DNA from: Candidatus Woesearchaeota archaeon
GTDB taxonomy: Archaea > Nanobdellota > Nanobdellia > Pacearchaeales > GW2011-AR1
NCBI GenBank assembly: GCA_964530955.1
Contig: CAZHCL010000009.1
Coordinates: 1 to 36,018 of the forward strand
DNA length: 36,018 nt
Reading direction: 5' to 3'
Shown here piece by piece: positions 24,788-35,300 of this stretch. Position numbers and translations under genes: made by a program. How positions within the stretch are numbered: position 1 is the first letter of the stretch; each line of letters begins with the position of its first letter. A model generated the notes under the pieces. It had not been told where the DNA came from, searched no databases, and saw only the letters and a program-made list of their open reading frames with translations.

Positions 24788-25507
24788 TTAGTTTTGGGCT
24801 ATAGCTTCTCTTTGAACCCAAGGTTGTTGTCTTATTAAAAAAGAGTATGCTCTTCTACTAAAATCTTGTCTTTGTTCTTCCTCTGGTTTTGTCACGTCTA
24901 AAATTGAATATTCTATGTTAGATTCTGCTAATTTTCTCTTTATTAACTCGCGATTGAAGAAATGATGGTAGTTCGTCACGAAAGCAAATGCTGGAATTTG
25001 ATTATGGGGCATATTTATACTCTCGGATGTAAAATCAGCTAAGGAGGATACATCGATTGACTTTTTTATTCCTTCTCTTTTGCCTAGTGGCAATACTGTT
25101 CTTAAACGGACTTTTCTTAGCATTCTTTCAATAATTCTATATGCGGGGTAAACACTTTCTGATCCAAAATACGGCTCAGCTAGAATAACAAAAGGTATGT
25201 CTTGATGAGACTGCATATATCTCAACGTAAGGTAAGCTCCGTAGCAGGCACCCATAAACCCTATTTGTGACCTAGGTATACTCTCTCCCTCTAACTTTCT
25301 TACTAATAAATCAATACTTTTAAGGTCTTCCTCAAATCCAGTTATTAATTGACCTTTATGGCTTGGATAATCACAATCAACTATTTTTGCGTGTATTCCT
25401 AATTTGCCTAAATCTTCTGCTGATTTCATGAATCTCTTCTTAGATCTGCCTTTTGTTGCTAAACTAGGCAAATAAATAATTGTAGGCTCTGGAATTAATG
25501 TTTCCAT
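24788..25507 (-). CDS. Alpha/beta hydrolase-fold protein with Cys at the nucleophile elbow
   Basis: IYLPSL oxyanion region and IGFMGACYGAY (G-x-C-x-G). Confidence 0.6.
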   Translation of the reverse strand: METLIPEPTIIYLPSLATKGRSKKRFMKSAEDLGKLGIHAKIVDCDYPSHKGQLITGFEEDLKSIDLLVRKLEGESIPRSQIGFMGACYGAYLTLRYMQSHQDIPFVILAEPYFGSESVYPAYRIIERMLRKVRLRTVLPLGKREGIKKSIDVSSLADFTSESINMPHNQIPAFAFVTNYHHFFNRELIKRKLAESNIEYSILDVTKPEEEQRQDFSRRAYSFLIRQQPWVQREAIAQN

Positions 25508-25608
25508 TAGAAAATACTTCTTATTTTTGTTTTTAAAACTATTGTTTTGTTAAATTGTATAAGAAAATGGTAACACATATTTTTATACTTCCTTCTTTCT
25601 GGACAGAG

Positions 25609-26163
25609 ATGATTATAGGTGTTACTGGGCTCGTAGGCTCTGGGAAAGGAGCTGTTAGCGATATATTAGTTGGAAAGGGGTTCTTCAAGCTAGGTCATTC
25701 GGGTATAATTGATGAAGAACTAAGGAGGAGAGGTATTTCTACTATAAGAGATAATCAGGTTGCAGTTGCGAATGAGATGCGTCTTAAAATGGGGCCAGAA
25801 TATTGGGCTAAAAAGTTAATTGAGAGAATAGAGCCTGGAAAGAATTATGTTGTTGAGGGATTCAGAAATACTGCTGAAGTCTCAGAATTTAAGAAAATTT
25901 CTGGATTTTTTCTTGCTGGTGTTGCCGCTGGAAAGAAAAGAAGGTTTGAATGGCTTTTGAAAAGGGCCAGACCTGGCGATCCTAAAAATATGGTTGAGTT
26001 TGAAAAGAATGAGGGCAGAGACTTTTTACAGGTTGGATTGAGCAATGGGCAGCAGAATGCTCTTTGCTTTTCGATGGCTGATTATTTTGTATCTAATGAG
26101 GGCACACTGGATGATCTTTCAAGACAGGTCGAATTATTGCTTTCTCAGTTAGATTTTAAGTAA
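25609..26163 (+). CDS. P-loop nucleoside monophosphate kinase-like protein (dephospho-CoA kinase-like/UPF0200)
   Basis: MIIGVTGLVGSGKG, VVEGFRNTAEV, ADYFVSNEGTLDDL. Confidence 0.85.
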   Translation: MIIGVTGLVGSGKGAVSDILVGKGFFKLGHSGIIDEELRRRGISTIRDNQVAVANEMRLKMGPEYWAKKLIERIEPGKNYVVEGFRNTAEVSEFKKISGFFLAGVAAGKKRRFEWLLKRARPGDPKNMVEFEKNEGRDFLQVGLSNGQQNALCFSMADYFVSNEGTLDDLSRQVELLLSQLDFK

Positions 26164-26193
26164 GTTTATAAAATAAGAAATCGAGGTTTTTTC

Positions 26194-27369
26194 ATGTTAG
26201 TAGGAATTGTTGGAAGACCGAACAGCGGCAAGAGCACTTTTTTCAAGGCTGCTACTTTGATAGATGTTCTTATTGCAAATTATCCTTTTGCTACAATAAA
26301 GCCAAATAGAGGAATTGCTTATGTTAAGATTAAAGATCTTGCCCGTGAATTTGGAAAGGTAAGCAATCCCAGGGAGGGGTATGTTAAGGGAGAATCTCGA
26401 TTTGTTCCTTTTGAACTGATGGATGTTGCAGGTCTTGTTGAAGGCGCATCCCAGGGAAGGGGATTAGGAAATGAGTTTTTGAATGATTTATCAACAGCAG
26501 ACGCTTTTATTCATGTTGTTGATATGTCTGGAGAATATGACGGAGAGGGAAAGCCTGCTTCGGGTTATTATCCTGGAAATGACATTAGAATTATTGAAAA
26601 AGAATTAGACTTATGGTATTCTGCCTTGCTTAGAAAGATATGGGGTGCTTTTGCAAGAACTCTTGAAATGCAGAAACAGAAGTTTGAGCAGGCAATAGCT
26701 AGACAGTTTTCAGGACTTAAGGTAACTGAAGATGATGTTAGACATGTGGTAATAAAAGGAAAATTTAATACGGATAAGCCAAGCGCTTGGAGCGATGATG
26801 AGTTGTTTAGGTTTGCTCAGGCCTTACGTAAATATACTAAGCCCATGATTATTGCTGCCAATAAAATTGATACTTTACATGGAAAGGAAAATTTCGAAAG
26901 AGTAAGCAAGGAGTTTAATTATCCTATCGTTCCATGTTTTGCTGAAGGAGAGCTTGCATTGAGAGAGGCTGATAAGGTGGGAATTATAAATTATATTCCT
27001 GGTGAGAAGAGTTTTGAGGTAAAAAAGGAATTAAATGAAAAGCAGAAGAACGCGATTGATAACATTAAGAAAATAATGGATGAATTTGGAGGCACAGGAA
27101 TACAGGAAGTTTTGAATAGGGTTGTTTTTGATGTTTTGCAATACATTTGTATATATCCTGCAGGAGCTAAGTTAAGCGATAGTAAAGGTAATATTTTACC
27201 TGACTGCTTCCTAATGCGCAAGGGAAGCACTGCTCTTGATTTTGCATACAGATTACATACTGATATTGGAAAGAACTTTGTAAAAGCTATAGATATTCGC
27301 ACAAAACAAGCAGTGGGAAAAGATTATATCCTAAAGAATTGTGATGGTTTGGAAATAATGACCAAATAG
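26194..27369 (+). CDS. ychF: Archaeal YchF/Ygr210-type OBG-family GTPase with TGS domain
   Basis: GRPNSGKST, NYPFATI, DVAGLV, NKID, GSTALDFAYRLHTD. Confidence 0.92.
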   Translation: MLVGIVGRPNSGKSTFFKAATLIDVLIANYPFATIKPNRGIAYVKIKDLAREFGKVSNPREGYVKGESRFVPFELMDVAGLVEGASQGRGLGNEFLNDLSTADAFIHVVDMSGEYDGEGKPASGYYPGNDIRIIEKELDLWYSALLRKIWGAFARTLEMQKQKFEQAIARQFSGLKVTEDDVRHVVIKGKFNTDKPSAWSDDELFRFAQALRKYTKPMIIAANKIDTLHGKENFERVSKEFNYPIVPCFAEGELALREADKVGIINYIPGEKSFEVKKELNEKQKNAIDNIKKIMDEFGGTGIQEVLNRVVFDVLQYICIYPAGAKLSDSKGNILPDCFLMRKGSTALDFAYRLHTDIGKNFVKAIDIRTKQAVGKDYILKNCDGLEIMTK

Positions 27370-27370
27370 A

Positions 27371-27715
27371 ATGGCAGTTCATTTAACTCCAGACAGAGTG
27401 TTAGATTATCCTTTTGAATTATTCTTTAGCAGAAATGAAATAAACAGGGGCCTTGCAGAACGAACGAGATATCTTGTTAAATTATCTCTTTTTTCGGATA
27501 ATTCAGACAGAAGAGATATAGCATTAAGTACTTTGAGGGGGATGTGGGGACAAGAAACAAAAGTTGAATCTTTTAGTTATGGCTCTGTGATTTGCGAGTA
27601 TATTTCATCTGGAAAACCTCCTTGCTTTTTCTTGGTTGATAGGTATGATTTTAATTCTTCCCGTTCAGAGAAACTTCCAAGTGCTATAGAATTTGCTTTG
27701 TGGAGCAAGAAATAG
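27371..27715 (+). CDS. Hypothetical protein
   Basis: 114-codon ORF packed between ychF and DUF167 with 1-nt gaps. Confidence 0.65.
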   Translation: MAVHLTPDRVLDYPFELFFSRNEINRGLAERTRYLVKLSLFSDNSDRRDIALSTLRGMWGQETKVESFSYGSVICEYISSGKPPCFFLVDRYDFNSSRSEKLPSAIEFALWSKK

Positions 27716-27716
27716 C

Positions 27717-27950
27717 ATGATAATTTATATCTCTGTCAAGCCTAATTCTAAAGAGCAGAAGGTTGAAAAGATTAATGAAAAAGAATATAAAATATCTCTG
27801 AAGGAAAAGCCCATAGAGGGTAAAGCAAATATTGCATTGATTAAGATTTTATCAAGAGAATTTAATGTCGGCTATAAAAAAATAAAGATATTGAATCCTA
27901 GTTCAAGGAAGAAGATAGTCGAGATAGATACTGAAAGTGTTAAAGTTTAA
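27717..27950 (+). CDS. DUF167/YggU family protein
   Basis: VKPNSKE...PIEGKANIALI...SSRKKIVEI. Confidence 0.88.
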   Translation: MIIYISVKPNSKEQKVEKINEKEYKISLKEKPIEGKANIALIKILSREFNVGYKKIKILNPSSRKKIVEIDTESVKV

Positions 27951-27973
27951 ATATTATTGTTATATGAATTAAT

Positions 27974-28189
27974 ATGGAAATACTTGTCAAGATAAGATTT
28001 GGTGCTTCAAAAGAAAAGTTTGAAACTTATGGTGGAAATAGGTATTTGATTTATCTTCCATTTGAAGAGGATTCCGATTCAAAAAGAATAATCGTTTCTC
28101 TTATTTCCAGGCATGTTGGGGTACATCCAAACAAAATAATTTTTAAGCAAAAGGATGCAATGGGAAATTGGCTCTTTGAATTAAGTTGA
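27974..28189 (+). CDS. Divergent DUF167-like paralog
   Basis: Same size and secondary-structure pattern (VKIRFGASKE...IISRHVGV) but lacks the GKAN motif. Confidence 0.55.
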   Translation: MEILVKIRFGASKEKFETYGGNRYLIYLPFEEDSDSKRIIVSLISRHVGVHPNKIIFKQKDAMGNWLFELS

Positions 28190-28264
28190 CTCTGTTTTGC
28201 AGATATTTTTTGCCACTTTTTTATTAGGACAAGAGATTATAAAGCCGCTTTGAATATTCTTATC

Positions 28265-28657
28265 ATGAAATATGAATTTGCCCCTGATTTGCAAAGCAGA
28301 ATGGAGGAAATGGTTCTTCTTCTTAATCTTGGTCATATAGACGTTAGTCGAGTAAGGTGTTTTAGGAGTTCTGGTTCAAGTACTAGGAGGACAATTGCCA
28401 GATGCCATACTATAGGCAAATTAATGCAAAAAGCTATGAATGCTCCGGCTCATTATGCCATAGAGTTTTTGGAAATATTTGAGAAAATGAAGAAAGATGA
28501 GCAGGATAAAGTAATAATTCATGAGTTATTGCACATTCCTAAGACTTTTGGGGGAGGGTTCAGACAGCATGACTTTGTGTGCGAAAAGAACATAGATATC
28601 ATGCATTCTAGGTTTGTTCAATTAAAGAACCAAAGAATTGGTTCTTATAATTACTAA
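28265..28657 (+). CDS. Putative zincin-like metallopeptidase
   Basis: IIHELLHIP (HExxH) with a downstream FRQH; TIARCH motif. Confidence 0.8.
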   Translation: MKYEFAPDLQSRMEEMVLLLNLGHIDVSRVRCFRSSGSSTRRTIARCHTIGKLMQKAMNAPAHYAIEFLEIFEKMKKDEQDKVIIHELLHIPKTFGGGFRQHDFVCEKNIDIMHSRFVQLKNQRIGSYNY

Positions 28658-28659
28658 AA

Positions 28660-29319
28660 ATGAGAAAAATAATCTGGATGATTGGCCTGTTTTTTATCTT
28701 TGTTTTCTTAATTTCATTTGGATTGGCTGAGCCAAATTCTTCTTTAAATTGTCAAGAAAACTCTTTATGTGGGAATTGGGGCTCCTGCCAAAATGTTAAT
28801 CAGGCTTATTTAAATGGGATAATTGGTAGGGAGCAATATGCTATGTTTAGTCTTAATTGCACATTGGGAAGTTTAGATGAGTCTCTTTGCGGCTTTCAAA
28901 CTAGGCGATGTTCTGTTCCATTATCCTGCCAAAATGTCAGTTTTTCTCAATCTCAGGTTTGTCAGTATATCCAGAACCCCACATGTTTTGACAAAGTCCA
29001 AGATTGTCATGATAATAGCTGTGAAACTGGATTAGACTGTGGAGGTCCTTGCAATCCCTGTGAGAGTTGTTTTGATGGCGTTCAAAATCAGGGAGAGAAA
29101 GGAATAGATTGCGGCGGTCCCTGCCAAGTGGCTTGTTTGGTTATTTCTCCTAAATCTGAGCATACAATTAGCCCTTTGTTGGAGAAGAATATTTCTTTTT
29201 CAATATATATTACTTTGATACTTATCTTGCTTTTTATTCTTGTGAAAAACTTAATAAGAATTTTTAGCTTATTAAGTCAAATGAGAAAAGATGAATATGC
29301 TTGGTATAAATTCGTGTAG
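28660..29319 (+). CDS. Cys-rich surface protein with two CFDxxQ..E.G.DCGGPC repeats and a C-terminal TM
   Basis: Signal peptide, CFDKVQ...DCGGPC and CFDGVQNQGEKGIDCGGPC. Confidence 0.82.
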   Translation: MRKIIWMIGLFFIFVFLISFGLAEPNSSLNCQENSLCGNWGSCQNVNQAYLNGIIGREQYAMFSLNCTLGSLDESLCGFQTRRCSVPLSCQNVSFSQSQVCQYIQNPTCFDKVQDCHDNSCETGLDCGGPCNPCESCFDGVQNQGEKGIDCGGPCQVACLVISPKSEHTISPLLEKNISFSIYITLILILLFILVKNLIRIFSLLSQMRKDEYAWYKFV

Positions 29320-29393
29320 GGCAAATGATTATCGACCAGAGAAATGATTATAAACTCCTTTTTTATTAATATTTCAGAGGTTATTATACAAAA

Positions 29394-32300
29394 GTGGTGC
29401 ATAAGAAGTATAGATATGTTAATGGGAAGAGATATGGTCCATACTTATATGAAAACAGCCGTGTAGGAGAAAAGGTAGTTACGCATTATTTAGGTAAGGA
29501 AAAAAACCATTCTAGCAGTAATTTTGTTGTTTTTGTTCTTATTGCTTTGGTCTTGGTTATTGCTTCTTTTATATTAGTATCTCAATTTATTTCTCCTACA
29601 GGGAAAGCAGTTCTTGATATAAGCCAAACTTATATTTCTGGTCAGAATATTTCAGGCAATTTTAGCCTTGTCTTAAAATCGGGAGAATTGCTTCCTGCTT
29701 CTACTTTAGTTAATGTTTCTTTAGCTGGACAAAGTCAGGAGTACCTTCTTTCTGATTTATTACCTCAAGAAACATCTTCTGGAAATTTCTTTTCAGAGGG
29801 GGCTAATCTCAGTGGACAAGGCGATGGCTATGGAATTGTGGGGCAAAAGGTAACTTACCCAGACATAGACTTTTCTTTGTTAATTCAAAACTCTGCTAAT
29901 CAAAATGAAAGCCAATCTGGAACCAGCGGAACCGATACAGGGGGCAGTATAAGTAATCAAAGTCAGAGTAGTTCTTTTGATAATGTAAATACATCTGAAA
30001 ATTCTAGTTCTCAACAACTCTCTCAAGGTCAAGATAATCAGAGCCAGCAAGAACAACAAAGTCAAGAATCTAATCCAGTTCAGTCTACCGCAGATCAATC
30101 GTCTTCTTCAAGCTCTGATTCACAAAGCTCTAGTTCTGACGCGTCAACTACTGTTGATAGTACAGATAGTTCATCTGGTTCAGACGGCTCTGGAAGTTCT
30201 CTTACAGGAGCAGTAATAAATGATTTTTCTCAGGGAAATGTGATAAATGGAAAGACAGGTAAGGATAATCCTTTTATTTATTCTCTTTCTGATGGAGAGA
30301 GTGCTTCTCTTGTTTCTGGAAGCGTTAGATTTAATGGAACTTCCATAGATGATGGCAATGTAAATGTTCAAACTAATTCTTCATCTGTCTTTGTTTCAAC
30401 AAACTTTTCTCAATTTGAGAATGGATTTGGACAGGATTATCTAGGAAATGATACTTCTAGCATTTCTATAGACTTATCTAAACTAAATATTTCTGCCTCT
30501 GAGGGCGTTCTTTCAATTTCTTTGTCTTACAATGGGGAGAATATTGTTTCTGTTGAAAAACAAATTTCTTTGGAAAATAATGCTAACAGTTCAGTCCCTG
30601 TTGAGAATAGCACTTCTATTGCTAATGAAAGCAAGCTTATTCTTGTACAACTAATCCCTGCAATAAGAATTCCTATAGATGGTAGTTATTCTTTGAATCT
30701 CAATGATTACTTTTCTGGAGCAGAGAACTATTCTATTCAACCAATATTAAATATAACTTCATCTATTGCTGGCTCAGAGCTTAGCCTGACTCCTGACCTT
30801 GATTTTAAGGGGGCAAGACAAGCTAAGATAACCTCCTATTCAGGTAATGAAAGCCTCGAGAGTAATACTTTCAATATTATTGTTTCTTCAAGCACAATAA
30901 ATATTCAGACAGTTCACTCTCCTATTAGATTGAACGAGCCAGTAAAGTGGACTAAGAATATAACTTTAGATTCTCCTGATAATGTATCTATTGAACTACC
31001 TGGAATGGCTGAAAATATTTCTGTAAAGAAAATTGAGACTCAGTCAGAAGAAAATGCGTCAGTCAATATAACAACAATATTGACTGGAAATGTTATTTCT
31101 TCTATGAGTAATAGTAAAGGTTCAATATATGCATTTTTGTCTAATATGATAAGTTATATTACTGGCAGGGTAAGCGCAGATATTAACACCGGTGAACAGA
31201 ATAATGCTAGCAGCGATAGTTCCAAACAGGTTATGTTGCAGGACAATGCAACTCAATATACTATTCAATATACTACTCCTGCTCCTGTTTCTGCTGAGCA
31301 GAATATCTCTAATGGAAAGCAAGTTACTATCTCTGATCCTAACAACTTAAATTACACTGAAATACTTTCTTTCACAAATATTCCTGAACTATATAATGTT
31401 GGTCAGGAAGGCAGAATTAAAATTTATTGGGTTGAAAATAAAAGTTATATGCCTTTTGATGCCTATGACTTAGATGGGAACGGAAAGTTGGACTATGTTG
31501 AATGGATAACACCTCACTTGAGCAATCAGACATTCGATATAATCCTTATATCCTCTGCGGAGCATTTAGATGGTAATAGAACTTATTTGGAAGATGTTTC
31601 AGGTTATGTAAATACAAGAGATTACAATTATACTACTATCCCAGAAAATGATTATTTAAGAGTCACTTTCCAGCAAAACTTAACCAATAAAAATGATATT
31701 ACTTTATACGCGAAGAGCGAAAATGGGTCAATAATTGAAGTATATGAGAAGAATGATAGCTTACCTCTCGCTGTTTTTGATAATATAACCCGAGATCAGG
31801 AATACAAGATTTATCTTACTAATTTAACGCATTCGCAGGATACTTTTGATTTGCTAGTTTTGAATAATTCAGTTGATTTTGATTATGTTGTAGACCCTAC
31901 CTTGCTTTTGAATCAATCATCTCAATTATCTTCGGGTGTAACAACTGAGCCTACAAACATCACTAGGTTAAATATTAATTCAACAGGTATTCCTTCACAG
32001 AATCTTGTAGCATATTATTCCTTTGATAGCGATGCAAACTCAACTTATTTTGATTGGAGTGGAAATGGATATAATGGAACTTGCTATAACAACCAATGTC
32101 CCATATTAAATCAAACTTCAAAGTATGGAGTGGGAGCAACCTTTAATGGCAGCATGCTAATTAATATAACAAGTAATGTCAGCAACTGGCCTTTAGGAAG
32201 TTCAAATAGAACGGTAAACGTATGGGTAGAATCAAACGATTCAGGTTCAGCAGGAGGAGCAGATCATTACTTCTTTGCCTATGGAGGACCTTCAAATAAT

Positions 32301-35300
32301 CAGGCATTCATCATGGGAACATACCAAGGACACTTCATATTTACCCAGATAGGCGGAAACATTCAGTCTAATACGCCAGTCTTAGACGGAAAATGGAGAA
32401 TGTTTACTGTTACGATAAATAGCTCGGGAGCAAACATGTGGGTGAACGGGGTTCTTGAAACAGTAGGATTGGGAGGATTAATTAATACAAATACCTATCA
32501 AGCAATGCTGGGAGTTAGCAATCAGTATGCTGTAGGTTCTCAGAGTTTCAACGGAACAATAGATGATTTAATGATATTCAATTCTTCTCTTAACTCATCT
32601 CAAATAATGGATTTGTATAATAATCAATCTCAAAGGTTTTATCCCACCGGACAAAGCAATTCAAAGAATACAACAGACCTAGCTGGAACATGGACAAATG
32701 TAAATGTAAGTTTAGATAATTTCAATGAAATGATGGGAACAAATATAAGCTTGGCTATAGGTTATAATAATTTAACTGGAAACTTTATAACTCCTCCCCA
32801 AAATATCTCTCAGAAAAATGTTAATTATACTTATAATGTTTCAGGAGCAACAAATATAACTCTTAATTTTACTTTAATCTCAGATTCTAAAAATATGTGG
32901 TCTCCATTAATCTATGGAAATGTGACTATAAGTCCTTTCAATATTACGGCAAGTGCTGCAACCTTGAGTATATCATTTGTCTCTCCAACTCCCTCACCCG
33001 GATTAGCTACCAGTAACAATAATTTGATTGTAAACGTAACAGCTACTGCTTCTTTAGGACTAAATAATATCACTATATACCTATTCAATTCAACAAACAA
33101 TCAAATTAATTCAAGCAATTCTTCGACATCACCATTTGCCTATACTTTCTTGGGACTTCCAGATGGAATATATTATTATAATGCTTCGGTATATGATCTC
33201 TCTGGAAATGCTAACTTTACAGGAACGCAGAATATAACAATTAATTCAACCCTTCCTCCAAGTGCTCCTTCAATTAACTTTACCAATCCTACTCCTGCAA
33301 ACGGAACATATCAGTCTGCGGATAGTATTTTTGTGAATATCTCTTCTAATGACACAAATGACATTTATACTTTGCTTGACTTTGATAACACTCTTTCTGC
33401 TTGGTATAGATTCAATAATGAATCTGGAGAGAATTCAACTAAATATAATGACTGGAGTTCTTATGGAAATAATGGAACTTGTTATACTGGATTCTGTCCA
33501 TCGGCAGTTCTTTCAGCAAGGTTTGGAAAAGGAGTAAATTTCAACGGTTCGCAATTCATAAATATTACACAGTTTGATAATTGGCCTTATGGCACAACAA
33601 ACAGGACTTTTAATGCTTGGATTAAATATAATGGGAGTGTTGATTCGCAAGACAGATACTTCTTTTCCTATGGAACTCTAGCAGGTAGTCAGTTTTTTGG
33701 AGTAGGCACAATTTCAGGAAAAGTCATATTTACTCAGGTTGGGAGTAATATACAATCTACTTCACAGATATCAGATAATAAATGGTATATGGTTACTGTT
33801 AATTATAATGGAACAGCTCAGCTTTTCGTTAATGGAGTTCAGCAAGCTTCAGGGCTCTCATCTTCCGTTAATACAATTAAAGGACAGGCTCATTTTGGAG
33901 ATTCATTCTCTGTTGGGACTCAGTCTTGGAATGGAACTCTCGATGATGCGATTATATTTAATAGGTCATTAAGTCCTACTGAAATTCTATCTTTATATAA
34001 CTCTTCGACTACTCAGTATAACAATAACTTTACTTCTCTTGCTCAGGGAAGTCATACTTTTACAGGTTATGCAGTAAACTCTCTGGGTTCAAAAAATCAA
34101 ACTGAAACCAGGACCGTAGCGATAGACTCAATTTCTCCTTCAATTAATTTCACTAATCCTACTCCTGCGAATGGGTTATTTGTGACTAATAATAATCTAA
34201 CAATAAATTTAACTGCTGCAGACTCTTCTGGCATTAAAAATATAACTCTTTTCTTATTTAATTCAACAAATAATCAGATTAATTCAAGCAATTCTTCGAC
34301 ATCACCATTTGCCTATACTTTCTTGGGACTTCCAGATGGAATATATTATTATAATGCTTCGGTATATGATCTCTCTGGAAATGCTAACTTTACAGGAACG
34401 CAGAATATAACAATTAATTCAACCCTTCCTCCAAGTGCTCCTTCAATTAACTTTACCAATCCTACTCCTGCAAACGGAACATATCAGTCTGCGGATAGTA
34501 TTTTTGTGAATATCTCTTCTAATGACACAAATGACATTTATACTTTGCTTGACTTTGATAACACTCTTTCTGCTTGGTATAGATTCAATAATGAATCTGG
34601 AGAGAATTCAACTAAATATAATGACTGGAGTTCTTATGGAAATAATGGAACTTGTTATACTGGATTCTGTCCATCGGCAGTTCTTTCAGCAAGGTTTGGA
34701 AAAGGAGTAAATTTCAACGGTTCGCAATTCATAAATATTACACAGTTTGATAATTGGCCTTATGGCACAACAAACAGGACTTTTAATGCTTGGATTAAAT
34801 ATAATGGGAGTGTTGATTCGCAAGACAGATACTTCTTTTCCTATGGAACTCTAGCAGGTAGTCAGTTTTTTGGAGTAGGCACAATTTCAGGAAAAGTCAT
34901 ATTTACTCAGGTTGGGAGTAATATACAATCTACTTCACAGATATCAGATAATAAATGGTATATGGTTACTGTTAATTATAATGGAACAGCTCAGCTTTTC
35001 GTTAATGGAGTTCAGCAAGCTTCAGGGCTCTCATCTTCCGTTAATACAATTAAAGGACAGGCTCATTTTGGAGATTCATTCTCTGTTGGGACTCAGTCTT
35101 GGAATGGAACTCTCGATGATGCGATTATATTTAATAGGTCATTAAGTCCTACTGAAATTCTATCTTTATATAACTCTTCGACTACTCAGTATAACAATAA
35201 CTTTACTTCTCTTGCTCAGGGAAGTCATACTTTTACAGGTTATGCAGTAAACTCTCTGGGTTCAAAAAATCAAACTGAAACCAGGACCGTAGCGATAGAC

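Noticed and set aside
29880-35145. Short ORFs listed in this region
   Set aside because: All are antisense or off-frame shadows of the giant ORF that starts at 29394.
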